A stretch of DNA of 63,348 bases, counting the filler, from Pelomyxa schiedti (taxonomy: Eukaryota; Protista; Evosea): NCBI GenBank assembly GCA_020536535.1. It is 15 parts of 15 records of this genome, joined end to end, with 100 filler letters (N's around TTAATTAATTAA, not from the genome) between each part and the next. Parts side by side here need not be neighbours in the genome. Positions count along the whole stretch, not along the records: positions 34,308 to 47,727 come from JAHLWZ010000174.1; positions 47,828 to 49,603 come from JAHLWZ010002281.1; 13 more parts are not named here. One strand, given 5' to 3'. The position numbers and the translations under genes are program-made. Positions 35,173 to 48,174 of the stretch are shown piece after piece. Position 1 is the stretch's first letter; every line of letters begins with the position of its first letter. Below the pieces are notes generated by a model. The model searched no databases. It saw only the letters and a program-made list of their open reading frames with translations, and was not told the origin of the DNA.

Positions 35173-35656
35173 ATGAAGTTCACCCAGGGGGTAGTTGCTG
35201 CTGTATCGGTGGTGGCGATTATCGTTGTGTGCATTTACGCCCCCGTCGAGGGTAAACCCCGACAGAACGCTGTGGCCACGAGTGCCCCAACACCAAAGAA
35301 AGAAGTGGCAACCATCCCGGAGGTGTCACTGGCGTACAGTCGGTACTGTGCAAACTTCGCACCACAGGAGCCGTTGCCGTGTGTGAATCACAGGAACAAC
35401 ATCCCTCTGCTGTTGGAGCGGCTGAATATAACAGGTTCGATGATCTGTGACCCTCCTTTTTTTTTGTTTTTTTCCCCCGTTCGAAGTATTTCCTGCATTA
35501 TCTCATTCCATTCCACAAAGGGGAAGGAGCAGAAATAGGAGTGCAAAGTGGAGTCTACTCCAAGGTAATTCTTGAGGCATGGAAGAAGTGCACAAAGTTT
35601 TATGCAGTTGATCCCTGGATGTGGCAGGAAACATATGATGACGCAGCCAACGTGGC
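35173..35656 (+). CDS. Methyltransf_24 class I SAM-dependent methyltransferase with N-terminal signal anchor; truncated by gap
   Basis: MKFTQGVVAAVSVVAIIVVCIY...|GEGAEIGVQSGVYS...FYAVDPW. Confidence 0.85.
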
Positions 35657-36091
35657 NNNNNNNNNNNNNNNNNNNNNNNNNNNNNNNNNNNNNNNNNNNN
35701 NNNNNNNNNNNNNNNNNNNNNNNNNNNNNNNNNNNNNNNNNNNNNNNNNNNNNNNNAATCCTTGGCACTTGTATACCTAAATAACTACGCAACGGTACTT
35801 GAAGATTTGGCAATATGGTACCCAAAACTCAAACTAGGGGGAATTATGTCTGGTGGTTTCAAGGATTTGGTATTTCTTATTCCCACTCTTTACTCTCGAC
35901 TTAGTAATGAGTGCAATCTCTGATGCACTTAAAAAATAACAGAAGAACGGCGATAACGCCGCGCTCTTTGAGGAGTCACTCAATACACCCGTCCTTCAAT
36001 TTTCAAGAGCTGTCTGTAGACAAGTGTCATTGACCTACCGCACAGGGAAATCACCCTCATTTGCAAAGTAAAACAGTTTTTGTTTTTTGAA

Positions 36092-37488
36092 ACGGATATT
36101 CTCTCAGCAGTTCATGTGAGGTGACTTCGCGTCCCTGTAGTTCTAAGTACGGTTCTAATCACTGATGGATTTCTGGGAAAACTACCAAGTTGTTTTTCGC
36201 ATAAAACAGCGGAAAACGCTCGGGAGAAAACGATCGGGAGTCACCGCAACCTATTGCTCCCGAAGGTGGTGCAAGTTTTTTCACTTGTGGTGTTGTTTTC
36301 TAAGATTGTGCGGTTTTTTTTTTACTGTGGGCACACAATGACTCGACTTGTGACAAACTGTTGCAAGCAAGGTGCTTTCACTGTCAACCTATGTGAGTGC
36401 CAGAAAGAAGAAGAATTTCCTTGCCATTTCTCATGTATGATGACCTAATATCAATGTTGCCCTGGCTGAATTGGATTTCCAGCACCTTGCAGCCAATTTG
36501 AAAGGGGTTACTACCTATCATTTACTTATGGATGAGTACAAGAGACGCTGTCAGAGCTTCACTCCTGTGTTCATTGCATACCTCTGCACACTGTAGTATT
36601 CTCCACAACAGAGTGCTGAGTTTCTCTTTCACTCCACGCTGCTCAGCTGAATAACAACATGTTGTCTCCACATTACACAGAGTTGGTTTGGCCTCTGTAC
36701 CTCTCTCAATTTCTGCGTTGGTGTTACAACAATAAGTTAGATCCCCCTGATGAAACCACCATTCCCCTTCCTCTGGCCACTCATTGGTTGACTGTGCTAA
36801 ATGCTGTTGTATGGGTTGAGCAAAGGATTCCCCAAATCCAAGGATTTCTAAAGTATATTAATGACCACTGTGCAAGCAACTGGGAGCAAAAGTGGACAAG
36901 CTTTCCCCAAGCTGTAACTGCATTAGGAGATGACCACCACTGTGGCTCCTGCTCCTAAAAAATCAAAAAGAGGTTCCACAAGGTGCTTAACTGAACCCTC
37001 TCAACCCACACAAAGACACTCCCAACAATTTCACAAAACACCACCCCCTAAACAGCATCACACACGTTCCTGGCACAGAAACCACCCAGAAGCACACCAC
37101 CACTGGAAAAGCACTGGTTCGACTAAACACCCCGTTTTTTGCCCCAAGTTTGCCGCACCCCAACTTATTGCGGACTCCCGAAACTAAGTTGGTTCCGAAG
37201 AGTAAACTCCGAAAAGCATTGGCCGTCCCAGGCAGCCACTGGTTGTTGCCGTTGCTCTTGTTGTCAGACACTGGAAGTGGGTTGCAATCAAATGTCATCA
37301 AAGGAAGGGATCAGCACCTCAAAGTAGGAAGGGAATTTTGATATGATTTTCAGCACTACTTAGTTTGACCCCAGAATTTCGTGATGAAAGCCAAGTCAGT
37401 ACTGATAGAACTGTTACAAGTTATTGAAATTTTTTGTGTCCAAAAAAAATCCTTTCTCCCTTCCAGGCATAGGGACTGCTGGACCAAG
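36092..37488. mobile_element. ~1.4-kb decayed insertion with a SWIM-like motif (possible MULE remnant)
   Basis: Absent from the equivalent intergenic of the first methyltransferase pair (35042-35172), whose flanks (GATATTCT... and ...CATTTAGGCTAAG) match on either side. Encodes AFTVNLCECQKEEEFPCHF, like SWIM 'V.L...CxC......PCxH'. No clear TIR. Confidence 0.35.
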
Positions 37489-37543
37489 CATTTAGGCTAA
37501 GTGCTGTAGACTTTTGATCAATTGACCAATTGCTTCCACCAGG

Positions 37544-38660
37544 ATGAAGTTCAACAAGGGGGTAGTTGCTGCTGCATCGGTGGTGGCGATTACCGTTGTG
37601 TGCATTTACTTGGCCAGTAATCGTACGCCCGACGCCCCCGTCGATGGTAAAACCCAACAGAACGCTGTGGCCACGAGTGCCCCAACACCAAATAAAGAAG
37701 TGGCAACCATCCAGGAGGTGTCCCTGGCGTACAGCCGGTACTGTGCAAATTTCGCACCACAGGAGCCGTTGCCGTGTGTGAATCAGAGGAACAATATCCC
37801 TCCGCTGTTGGACCGGCTGAATATAACAGGTTTGATGATCTGTGACCTCCTTTTTTTTTTCCCGTTCGAAGTATTTCCTGCATTATCTCATTCCATTCCA
37901 CAAAGGGGAAGGAGCAGAAATAGGAGTGCAAAGTGGAGTCTTCTCCAAGGTAATTCTTGAGGGATGGAAGAAGTGTACAAAGTTTTATGCAGTTGATCCC
38001 TGGATGTGGCAGGAAACATATGATGACGCAGCCAACGTGGCTCAGGTAATTGTGCATTTTTCACTCCCAGAATAAAAGTATTTTTTTTTTTCACACAGAC
38101 TGCCCAAGATGCACTTTACCAAAAGACAGTTGGCGATCTTCGACCATTCAAGCATGCAACTGTACTGAGGTTGACTTCGGAGCAGGTTCACCAAATGCCC
38201 CCAACTCAATGTAATAAACGCCTTAACATACCTGAATCAGGCAGCCAAATTGATACCAGATGATTCCCTTTCTTTTGTATACATTGATGCCAGACATGAT
38301 TACTCAAGTGTCCTTCAAGACTTGTCACTGTGGTATCCCAAACTCAAGAGGGGAGGAGTACTCGCTGGCCATGACTTCATTGACATTGTATGTCTATCTA
38401 CTCTTTAACATTTAATTCACTCGTTTATTTCTTGTTTTTGTGTTTATGGAATGTGTTGTTTTTATTTTTTTTTAAACCTATTCTGCACCTCAATGCCAAA
38501 AAAGGATGAGATGCCAGAATGGAGAGTGCAACCAGATGGTTCTGTTGAAACTCTGCGGGCAGTCAAATCTGCAGTACTGAATTTTACCACTCGTATTTGT
38601 AGGCAACTCTGTGTGTGCTGGGATGAATACAAGTGGTCCTCCTTTTATTTTGCCAAGTAG
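37544..38660 (+). CDS. Methyltransf_24 SAM-dependent methyltransferase, type II membrane (Golgi-like), complete
   Basis: Signal anchor; GEGAEIGVQSG, AVDPW, IPDDSLSFVYIDARHDYSSVLQDLSLWYPKLKRGGVLAGHDF; four introns; stop at 38660. Partial duplicate at ~41575-42105. Confidence 0.9.
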
Positions 38661-38869
38661 AACAAAAAGAACCAACTCGAAAACAAACTCTAAAAGTGTC
38701 CTGAAAAAACATAAACTTGCTTTAGGGAAGCTTTTGGCAAACCTTAGTGTTAGCCTCCGAAATCACCTTTTATAGGAAAACGATTTTTGTGCCCCATGGA
38801 TTGTAGCGATTGGGCCACCCAGAACCACAGCAACCAATAAAACGGGTTGATTTTTGTGCCCCATGGCAA

Positions 38870-40860
38870 AGAATGGGGGATTCCAGCAATAAAGCTTCCA
38901 GCTGCTGATATTGCAGAAGCAATCTCTGATGTTTGTTGGGGCATATTATCTACTGTTAGCGCCTAAGGAAAAGTGAGTAAACATCGTGGAGGATGTTGAA
39001 GTTACCAGGATGTGGGGATAACAAGGTAACACATGATTATAAAACCGAACTTTCTCTTCCTTTTCCAGTGGGTCTTTCAAAGAAAAAAAGGCAGTTGGTG
39101 TAGTAAAAGTTACTTACTGGGATTAAAGTTCTGTGAGAAGGACCTGTGTAATTTTTCAGCAGCCTCGTTTCCTTCATTGTGGTATAACTTCCACAGAGAA
39201 AGGGCATAACTGTGGGACAAGTCCCACCGCTCCTCCAGCTCTTTGTAGCAAGCACCTTCTTGCAACAAGTTCAAAGAGTCAGACAAACCGGAATTGCCTG
39301 CCAACACGTTTCAGGAATGCCTGTGCCAATGTGTGAAAGTTGTGTTGACCATGTAATGCAACATTGTCGCTGGCTGCGACGATCGCGGCATGTGGATTTG
39401 ATTTTGGTATCACAACCATCGGCATTCGCAGCACTAAAGGCTCGAAAACAAGAACAGGTTGTTTTAGTGAAGCCAATCTAACCCAACACCATGCAATGAA
39501 TGGCGTGACATCCGTGTTTCCAAGCAGAATATTAGATCGTCAACATCCGCACATCGCCGCACTCCATACTTACCTGTCCCCGGCAAAGTTAGATCATGAA
39601 TGAAGTAGAACCAAGTAAAACCTGTCAGTAATGCCAAGTGCAACTGTGTGATTCGACTTGAAACCACATCCCAGAACTTCTCAATTAAATTTAGGTCTGG
39701 GGACTGGGGGGGATTCCATGCAATAAAGCTTCCAGCTGCCGATATTGCAGAAGCAATCTCTGGTGTTTATTGTCTGTGCTGGGGCATATAATCTAATACC
39801 ACAACACTGTTAGCGCCTAAGGAAAAGTGAGTAGACATCATGGAGGATGTTGAACAGATGACAAGGTAACACATGATTATAAAACTGGACTTTCTCTTCC
39901 TTTTCCAGCCGGCCTTTTGAAAGAAAAAAAGCTATGGCTCCAGTATCTCCCACGCTTCCGTCTAGCATAGGCCCAGGCTGCACAACTCCTATGGCTGCAA
40001 TGACTTAGATCTAAATCGGTATGAATACAAGAAGATAATAGATGATTGGCAGTACCTGGCCATATTTTGGAACAGGGAGATACACAAGCCGGGCTGTTGT
40101 GGGAAGTCGCTTTTATTGGAGAGTAGCCATAATTTCCCATTCTGTTTTTTAAGTAACAAATAAATAATAATAATTCATTCCTCCAACCTCTTGGTAATAT
40201 CACCAGAATCAAATGTTTTCTCATCTGTAAAAACAATTTGCTCTGCCCTCCAGACAACAGATTTCAGCTCTAGGTGGTATTGATAAACCTGGGGTTGCAC
40301 TTTTAACCTTCTTGGACAACTTAAGCAAGAAAATTCCCTACGAGGCTGTTAGGGGGTAATAAATGCAAAATGTTCTACAAAATTACACAAGCAATACTTT
40401 GGAGATATCTCTAGGTGTTATAACCTCGTTAAGGTTGTCAGAGGCCAAGTACGATAACGCCTTTGGTCCCCCTAGAACTTTCCACAGTAGTGCTGTAGAA
40501 AAGTGCACACCCTAAAGTTCTTTGAACTGCAAGAGTGAAAAAAAAGGCAGTGTTGGGGCAGTTAGAGTTACTTACTTGGGTTTAAAGTGCTGTGAGAAGG
40601 ACCTGTGTAATTTTTTGGTAGCAGCCTCTTTTCCTTCGTTGTTGGATAACTCCCACAGAGAAAGGGCATAACTGTGGGACAAATCACACCGCTCCTCCAG
40701 TTCTTTGTAGCCAGCACCTTCTTGCAACAAGTTCAAAGGATCAAACTGGAATTGCCGACACGTTTCAAGGAATGCCTGTGCCAATGTGTGAGTTGTGTAA
40801 CATTGTCGCTGGCTGTGACGATCGCGGCATGTGGACTTGATTTTGATATCACAGGGTGCA
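38870..40860 (-). mobile_element. Decayed Tc1/mariner (IS630-like) transposase, two tandem partial copies
   Basis: QIVFTDEKTF (~40240-40210), VVLDYMPQH (DNMP in the other copy) and QSPDLNLIEKFW (~39708-39672) form the DDE_3 triad. Segments 38870-39420 and 39710-40850 are mutually similar; stops and frameshifts throughout. Confidence 0.8.
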
Positions 40861-40870
40861 GTGTGTGATA

Positions 40871-41356
40871 GAGGTTTATATTTCCGGGTAACCCGGAATT
40901 ATGATTACTGTAATAATAATAGCGGCGTGAATAGTAGTGGTAGTAGTAATATATGTTGGTGATATTATTATATTAGGAGTAGAAGTAGTAGCCGGCGAAT
41001 AGTAAGTAGTAGTAGTCCTCTAATAATGTGCTGCCCTAGCACAGCGCCATTGTGGGACAGCAGCAGGTTGTTGCTGTAGAGGCAATATAGCTTGCTGGTG
41101 TGTCAATTCTGGTTTTCTTTGTCCGCTCATTGTAAAATCGGGACAACAGCCCAAAGTACCCATCAACTTCGGACTTTCCATGCTTTGCTGCCCACAAATG
41201 CCAGGAAAGGTGGCAGTTCAACTTCTGAGGGAGACGGCAAAGGAATAGGTGTGCCACCTCATAGTTGTCAAAGTGTGGGCCTTTGTCTGTGAAGAGCTTG
41301 ATGTCAGAGATCCCCTGAAACTCGTCAAGGTGGTCTGTGGTGAACTCTTCAAGTGC
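40871..41356 (-). mobile_element. Sola-like DNA transposase fragment plus probable element terminus
   Basis: IKLFTDKGPHFDNYE...SWHLWAAKHGKSEVDGYFG matches the 'SD.g..F.N...HGK...DG' DDD transposases. The putative end GAGGTTT at 40871 is followed by the palindrome TTCCGGGTAACCCGGAA. Confidence 0.65.
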
Positions 41357-42571
41357 NNNNNNNNNNNNNNNNNNNNNNNNNNNNNNNNNNNNNNNNNNNN
41401 NNNNNNNNNNNNNNNNNNNNNNNNNNNNNNNNNNNNNNNNNNNNNNNNNNNNNNNNAACAAACACAAGGCAAACAATAGAACCCTTTATTCCAATCGAAT
41501 TCATCTCTTTCTGTCTTCCGTTATTGAGTGAGTATCCCCACATTAGTTCAAGCACAACATACACAGAAGCATACAGATCTTGCACCATTCAAGCATGCAA
41601 CTGTACTGAGGTTGACTTCAGAGCAGGTTCACCAAATGCCCCCCAACTCAATGTAATAAACGCCTTAACATACCTGAATCAGGCAGCCAAATTGATACCA
41701 GATGATTCCCTTTCTTTTGTATACATTGATGCCAGACATGATTACTCAAGTGTCCTTCAAGACTTGTCACTGTGGTATCCCAAACTCAAGAGGGGAGGAG
41801 TACTCGCTGGCCATGACTTCATTGACATTGTATGTCTATCTACTCCCTAACATTTAATTCACTCGTTTATTTTCTTGTTTTTGTGTTTATGGAATGTGTT
41901 GTTTTTATTTTTTTTTTTCAACCTATTCGGCACCTCAATGGCCAAAAAGGATGAGATGCCAGAATGGAGAGTGCAACCAGATGGTTCTGTTGAAACTCTA
42001 CGGGCAGTCAAATCTGCAGTACTGAATTTTACCACTGGTATTTGTAGGCAACTCTGTGTGTGCTGGGATGAAAACAAGTGGTGCTCCTTTAATTTTGCCA
42101 AGTAGAACAAAAAGAACCCACAGTCAATTCCTCTTCCTTTTACCTACACTGGAGTGCTTTTGAGGACAGCCTTGACATCTCAATTGTGTCAAGGCATGAC
42201 CACAGCAGCATACTCTCCTTGAGCTGAGGGTAGCAGGAACTGCTGAACCAGGCCCCTCCTTTCTTCACTCCCACACCAAACTGGAATGGAAGGAAGAAGT
42301 GCAGAATCCTTCCTCGAGAGGATCCATTCCTCTCGAACTACACTGCGTGGTACCAGATCAACAGAACCCACGATTATTTATTATTATCTCTTTCTTTGTT
42401 CTTCACAAACTTAGTGGTTCCAACGGCGGCATTCAATGAAACGGAATGTTGTGAAATAGCCGTCCGCGAAATCGCCGTGGTTGTCACTCAGATCCGGCGA
42501 GCCCTACGTCTGCAGAAGTCTAGCTGGAGATGAGTTTCGAGTTTGATCTACTATTTCATTTAATTTAAAAA

Positions 42572-45500
42572 ATGCGACCAAGGGCAGCCAGCAACAGCAA
42601 CAACAACAAACCGACAGTGGCCGCCACCACCACGCGTGCCTCGGCCCCTGCTCCCTCCCCCACCCGCCCACGACCCCCACCGCAGCCACAGCCACCGCCG
42701 CGAGGCAGGGGGGCCACCCCCACCTCCCCCTCGTCTCCCCCCAAGCCCCTTCACCAACCCCAACCGCAACCACAACCGCGGGCACAAGCACAAACACAGG
42801 CACAGGCAACGGTGGGGCAAGGGAGGGGGGCGCCGCTCACACGCCACCCCACACCCATCAGTAATATCCCCGCACAACAACAACAACAACACCCGCAAAA
42901 CAGTGATTATGGGGCAAGCAGCACGCACAGGGGGGGTGGGGGTGGGGAGGGGGACGCGGACGGAGATGCCGATGACGATGACGATGACGATGACGAGGGA
43001 ATGAACATCGTGCCTGAGGGGTCTAATGACGGCGATGACTTCGATGAAGTGTCTGACGACGGCAGGGGATTGGCAATTATGGGCAACCCCGTCCAATTGG
43101 ATCCAACCACTGTGGTTGTTGAGGAAAAGTTGGTACTATCACATCATAACATACTACTACTTAGGGAAATAAGAATAGAGAAGCTAACCACCAACAACAA
43201 TTACTACTACTTACTATGCTGTTAAATCATCTTCTTACTCTGGGTCACCACCAAGGTGCAATCGGAGGAGCTTGTAAATTCTGTACATAAGACAAGGACT
43301 TTGTCTCCAACGAGAGTATACTCTATGTCTAGTTATCTCTGTTTGTAACTGTGCACTACAGAAGGATCCTGCACAAGTTGTAGATATTAACGCAATCACA
43401 CAAGCAATGGAACGAGAGAACAGCAGAGCGGATATTCAATCAGCTACTGTACGTACATTTCTGTGCCAATTGTGCTCTAATATTATTTCTTAGCTGGACC
43501 CTCCGGCGTACAGCAGTAACGTTGTCAAACCCCAACCTGGACGTGCTTCTGTTGCACGGGTTCGTTTTAGTTGTGTAACCTGTTTTTAATTCCTCGCCAG
43601 AGATGCCTTCAACGTGCAAATGACCTTTCCGAATTAATTCAATTAGAGGTTGTAGATATACCACTATTTGAGCTCCCTGAGTTGACAGAGTACGAGTCCT
43701 TTTTCCGGGCAACCAACAGAGCAAATGTGACTTTCGTTATATAATCGACATATTCATTTATTATCATTAAGGCAGCTGTTCAAGTTCCCGTGATGGCGGA
43801 AATATCTACCAATACAGACCCCATTGAATTTCAAACAAAGGTTCACCGATTTGTTTAGAAGTTGAAAATCGACTTACTTTAGGCTTGTCAATGGCCGGAA
43901 AGAAATTCTGCGGCACTCGTATCTTTTGCCGATCTAGCTGCCGCCACTGACAACGGGATTCGGAGTGACTTGCTGGTGGAGGAGGGAATCAAGACCCTTC
44001 TTCGAGACATTTCTTACTCAATGGATAGTTCCAGGTTGACAAGGTATTTACGACCTCTTAAATCCTTTCAAACAAATCCTACTCATTACAACAGATTCCT
44101 CAAAACTGCTGGTGGCGTAATGGAAAAGCTTTTGAATGAAAACGTTGCAAGATCGTTCAGCAAAAAGTTTAAGAAAAGTACTGACTCTGGTGGTCCCAAG
44201 TGGTCTGCCGGATCGTTTCATTTTATTCCTCCTCCTTTCTTGAGAAGGTTCTCGTTCCCTGTTCCTACATCAACTAGCATGCATCTAACAATGAACAGTC
44301 ATAAGGCATGTTGCATTGCTGTTTCTGATCCTACAATTGTTGTGGGCTTTGAGCCCTCTACTGAGCTGTCAAGTGGTAAATACCCTTACTCCTCTTTCTT
44401 AAGTACTAACCACTTCAGGATTTTTCCCAAACAATAGTTTGTGTGTTGTATGGAATATCTACAGCCACACTTCCGCTCGCTCCTTGCAACATACTCCGCC
44501 ACAGTGCATCTTGTTATGCGAAGGAAGTTTGACTTGTTGCGTGATTTCTGGATCTGTTGTAGTTGGCGGGACTGACGCGGGGTCCCTTTGTTTGTGGGAC
44601 TTAACTGAATCCATAAACTTTCACCAGGTATTTCCCTTTTCATTGTTCTCACTAAAAGCGGGTTGTAGGAAGTGACACCCACTCCCGGGAAGGAATCCGT
44701 AATGCTGAGACATGCGACCTTCTCAACAGATGGAATTTTCTTGTCCCAGACGGCAGTCATTGGTATGGGTTCTCCCCTTGGGCACTGTTCCCGGTATGCT
44801 TCCATCATCTCATCATGTCTGTTGACTGTGGTGTTGTATTTAGTGTAATTTCCATTTCAATCATCTCAGAGGAATCTCCACTGGGCTTTGCCACGAGAAG
44901 GTAATTCACACAAAGAAGTGTCTTAATTTGATTCTACTGCAGTGATAACTTGAAACTAGCAAGTATGGATGTAACTGGTGCTATTGTAATTTGGAATGTC
45001 TTGAAGCTATCGCAAGCGGATCTGGCTGTATTCTTTATCTCAGTCTGTTCAAACTAATTGCGCACAGGGGAGCGAAATAAACCCTGGATTGAGACCCGGT
45101 GGCTCATTGATTCTTTTCCGGACAGAGGCAATACCGATTTCGCCGAAGGAGGGCGATGATCCCTCACAGAATGCCGAGGGTGACGAACCCGATTTAACTC
45201 CGCCGGAGAATGCCATAACCTTCGCGTTCCACCCTACAGACCCAAACCAACTGTTCATAGCAGTAGGTAAAAGCCATCTCCTACTATTCCCGCCGGCCGG
45301 CATTCTAACCACCGCAACACACACAACACACCAGGTACCTCCATCCTACACAAAGGCAGGTTCTCGTCCGACACATACCCGCAGAAGTACTACCGCGTGC
45401 CCACTGCGCCCTACACCCTCGGCAGCAACAGCAACAACCTCGCCCGCATCCCCGAGTGCCAGGCGCGCGCGACCACCCTCAAGTTCTCCGCGTCGGTCCC

Positions 45501-46035
45501 GAGCCACTTCCTCAGCGGGTGGAGCGACGGCGCCGTGTGCGTGTTCGACACGTCGTGCCCGACGCCGCTGTCTACGTGGTTCATCATCGGGGGATCGGGG
45601 AGCGGCGGGACGTGCGCGGTCAAGCAGCTCGTGTGGCCGGCGGCCAGGCCTTGCCTGTTCTTCGCGCTGGACTCTGGGGACGTGCTGCACGTGTTTGACC
45701 TTGTGCTGGACGGCATCGCCGGCGTCGTGGCGGTGGACACACTCAAGAACAGGACGCTGGACGGCGCAGGCGGGATAGTTGGCCTCCAGGTGGCTCAGCT
45801 CGGAACGGGTTCAGCTTCTCACATCGGCAACACTTCCAATCCAGCATCATCACCATCGTCATCGTCGTCATCAACACAATCACCACAACAGCAACAGCAA
45901 CAATCCAGTAACAGTGTTGTGATGTGTGCTGCGACCGAGGCGGGGCTTGTTGATGTACACATGGTACTGGACCGTGTGTGGCAGCCTGACCCAAACGAAC
46001 TCTCAATCTTCCTTGACACCACCACTTCTCCCTAG
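42572..46035 (+). CDS. WDR60: Cytoplasmic dynein-2 intermediate chain 1 (WDR60/DYNC2I1/FAP163), multi-exon
   Basis: Family-specific motifs DSSRLT|RFLKTAGGVMEKLLNE, GSLCLWDLTE, LRHATFSTDG, LA|GSEINPGLRPGGSL, FHPTDPNQLFI, HFLSGWSDGAV and WPAARPCLFFALD. Confidence 0.85.
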
Positions 46036-46253
46036 AGACACCGAAGAGGAAAAAAAACCCTCGATCTGGATTTTTAAGACTACTTATTCGAGGAAACACC
46101 CCTTGGAGGGGGTGATGGTCGTTAGCGTACTCGGGAAATGACAACGTGGTGGATTGTAATTATGCGATGCCATCCCATTCGATTGTAGTAAAACAACAAA
46201 AAGAAAAACCCAAAACACAAAACAAAACAAAACACAAGACAAGCAGAGGAGAG

Positions 46254-47480
46254 ATGAAGAGAACCGACGCCACTGACGAATCTGGGGAGACAACGATGGT
46301 ACAAAGGGCAAGGGAATACTACGCAATGGCAACAAAGAAGCTGGTTTGTCTGGCTTCCTACTAACTTTCTGGTTTTAACTTTTCGATTACAACATTACAA
46401 CAGCAATGCTGGTGTTCCGGGACTGGAAGGCTTGAAGACGCTGCAGATTTGTTCACAAAGGCTGGAAACTTGTTCAAAGTGTCCAAATACTGTGTGGGAG
46501 CTATCAACCCTTTGTCAGTAAAATGCCCACCTCACGCTGTTACCAGGGAATGAAGCCGGTGATTCTTTTGAGAAGTCGGCAGATTGCTACCTTAGGGCGC
46601 ACAACAGGTCTGATGCAGTCAGTGATTTGGCCAATGCTGCTGGATGTTACAGAAAGGGCGACAGTCCAGGTACCTCCTATTTTTACAAAAAAAAACCTGC
46701 CAGCTTACTCATACACAGCAGAATCAACCAGAGTTCTCACTGCCGCCATTGAATTATTTATGGAACTGGGAAGATTTTCCTGCGCCGCACGCCACAAACA
46801 GGTTGATCCTGCTGTGATTAACACCTCCCTGTTAATGAAGAAATTTAAGGAGTTAGCGGAAACCTTTGAAAGTCAAGACGACCTTGAAAATGCAGCTGCA
46901 ACCTATGAAGAAGCTGCAGACCTTTTTGAAGCTGATGACTCCCCCAGGTTTGAACTGTTTGAAGAAGAAAAATGCGACTTACCAACACAAGCCGTAAGGC
47001 ATCTTGCCTGGCCAAGGTAGCCACGTTGTGCTCACTGCTGGAACGGTATGACAGAGCCATTGAGCTCTTTGAGAAGGTTGGAACTGGTTTCTTGGAGACC
47101 AATTTGTTGAAATGGTCCGCAAAGAGCCACTTCACCATGGCTGTGATATGCCAAATGGCAAAAGGAGTAAGCGGATTTTCTACCTTCTGCAACTCATGTC
47201 ACTTAGGACACAGTGGCTGCCCGGCGAGCACTGGAAAAGTACACGCAACTTGATGCCATGTTCTCCTCGTCACGTGAATGCAAGCTTCTCACAGTGTGTA
47301 ACACGAAGCTTCATGTTACCGAATCATTAATATCACGAACAGTCACTCATAGAAGCATGTGAAAACCATGACGTCGACAGCTTTACAACAGCCACAGCCG
47401 AGTATGACACAATAACAAAGCTCACTCCTTGTCAAACAACACTCCTCCTTCGTATCAAGAAAACACTTGAATCCCCGTGA
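46254..47480 (+). CDS. NAPA: Alpha-soluble NSF attachment protein (alpha-SNAP/Sec17), 8 exons
   Basis: LEDAADLFTKAGNLFK, MELGRFSCAARH, LLKWSAKSHF, DAMFSSSRECKLL and EYDTITKLTPCQTTLLLRIKK; seven GT-AG introns give a complete frame. Confidence 0.95.
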
Positions 47481-47961
47481 TAAAGGCGTGGTCTTTGTGG
47501 CCGCGTTTTATGATTGTGATGGGATGTGACTGGGAACCGAAAATTCTTCCAGGAACCCACAATTTCGAGGAAAGGAGTACTCCAACAAAAAGCGATTCAC
47601 ATCGGAGAAGGAAGGATCACCTTGCGCTTGGGGTATTTCTACAGCTGATGACCGTAAGGGATGGCGTAGATTTTTTGCTGATTGCAAACTAACTCCAGTG
47701 CCTCGTGGATGTTTGGCCACACTCTGGNNNNNNNNNNNNNNNNNNNNNNNNNNNNNNNNNNNNNNNNNNNNTTAATTAATTAANNNNNNNNNNNNNNNNN
47801 NNNNNNNNNNNNNNNNNNNNNNNNNNNGCCGCGCTGCCCCGCCGCGGCGCCGCGCCAACCGCCCCGCCGCACAAAACATCAACAAATCCCGGCAAAAATC
47901 GGGCCGCTTCACCCTGCCTTGCTCACTAAAAAATTCTGTTTTTCTCATGTTACTTACAATT

Positions 47962-48174
47962 GGTTATTTACCCGAAAAAAACCACTCCCCCACTCCACAA
48001 AAGAAATCCCAAAATGATGATCCAAATGAACAGTGTCAGGGAGTCAGGGGAGAGGTGGGAAGGGAACCACAGCACACCCAACAAGTGGGTGGTTGTCAGG
48101 GTTATTGACCCGAAAAAAACCACTCCCCCACTCCACAAAAGAAATCCCAAAATGATGATCCAAATGAACAGTGT
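47962..48174 (+). repeat. 75-bp direct repeat, two copies (1 mismatch), 63-bp spacer
   Basis: GGTTATT[T/G]ACCCGAAAAAAACC...GAACAGTGT at 47962-48036 and 48100-48174. Confidence 0.9.

Noticed and set aside
47962-48174. Repeat-spacer-repeat resembling CRISPR or a tiny LTR element
   Set aside because: Only two 75-bp copies, eukaryotic context, no cas genes, and no TG...CA ends or TSD.
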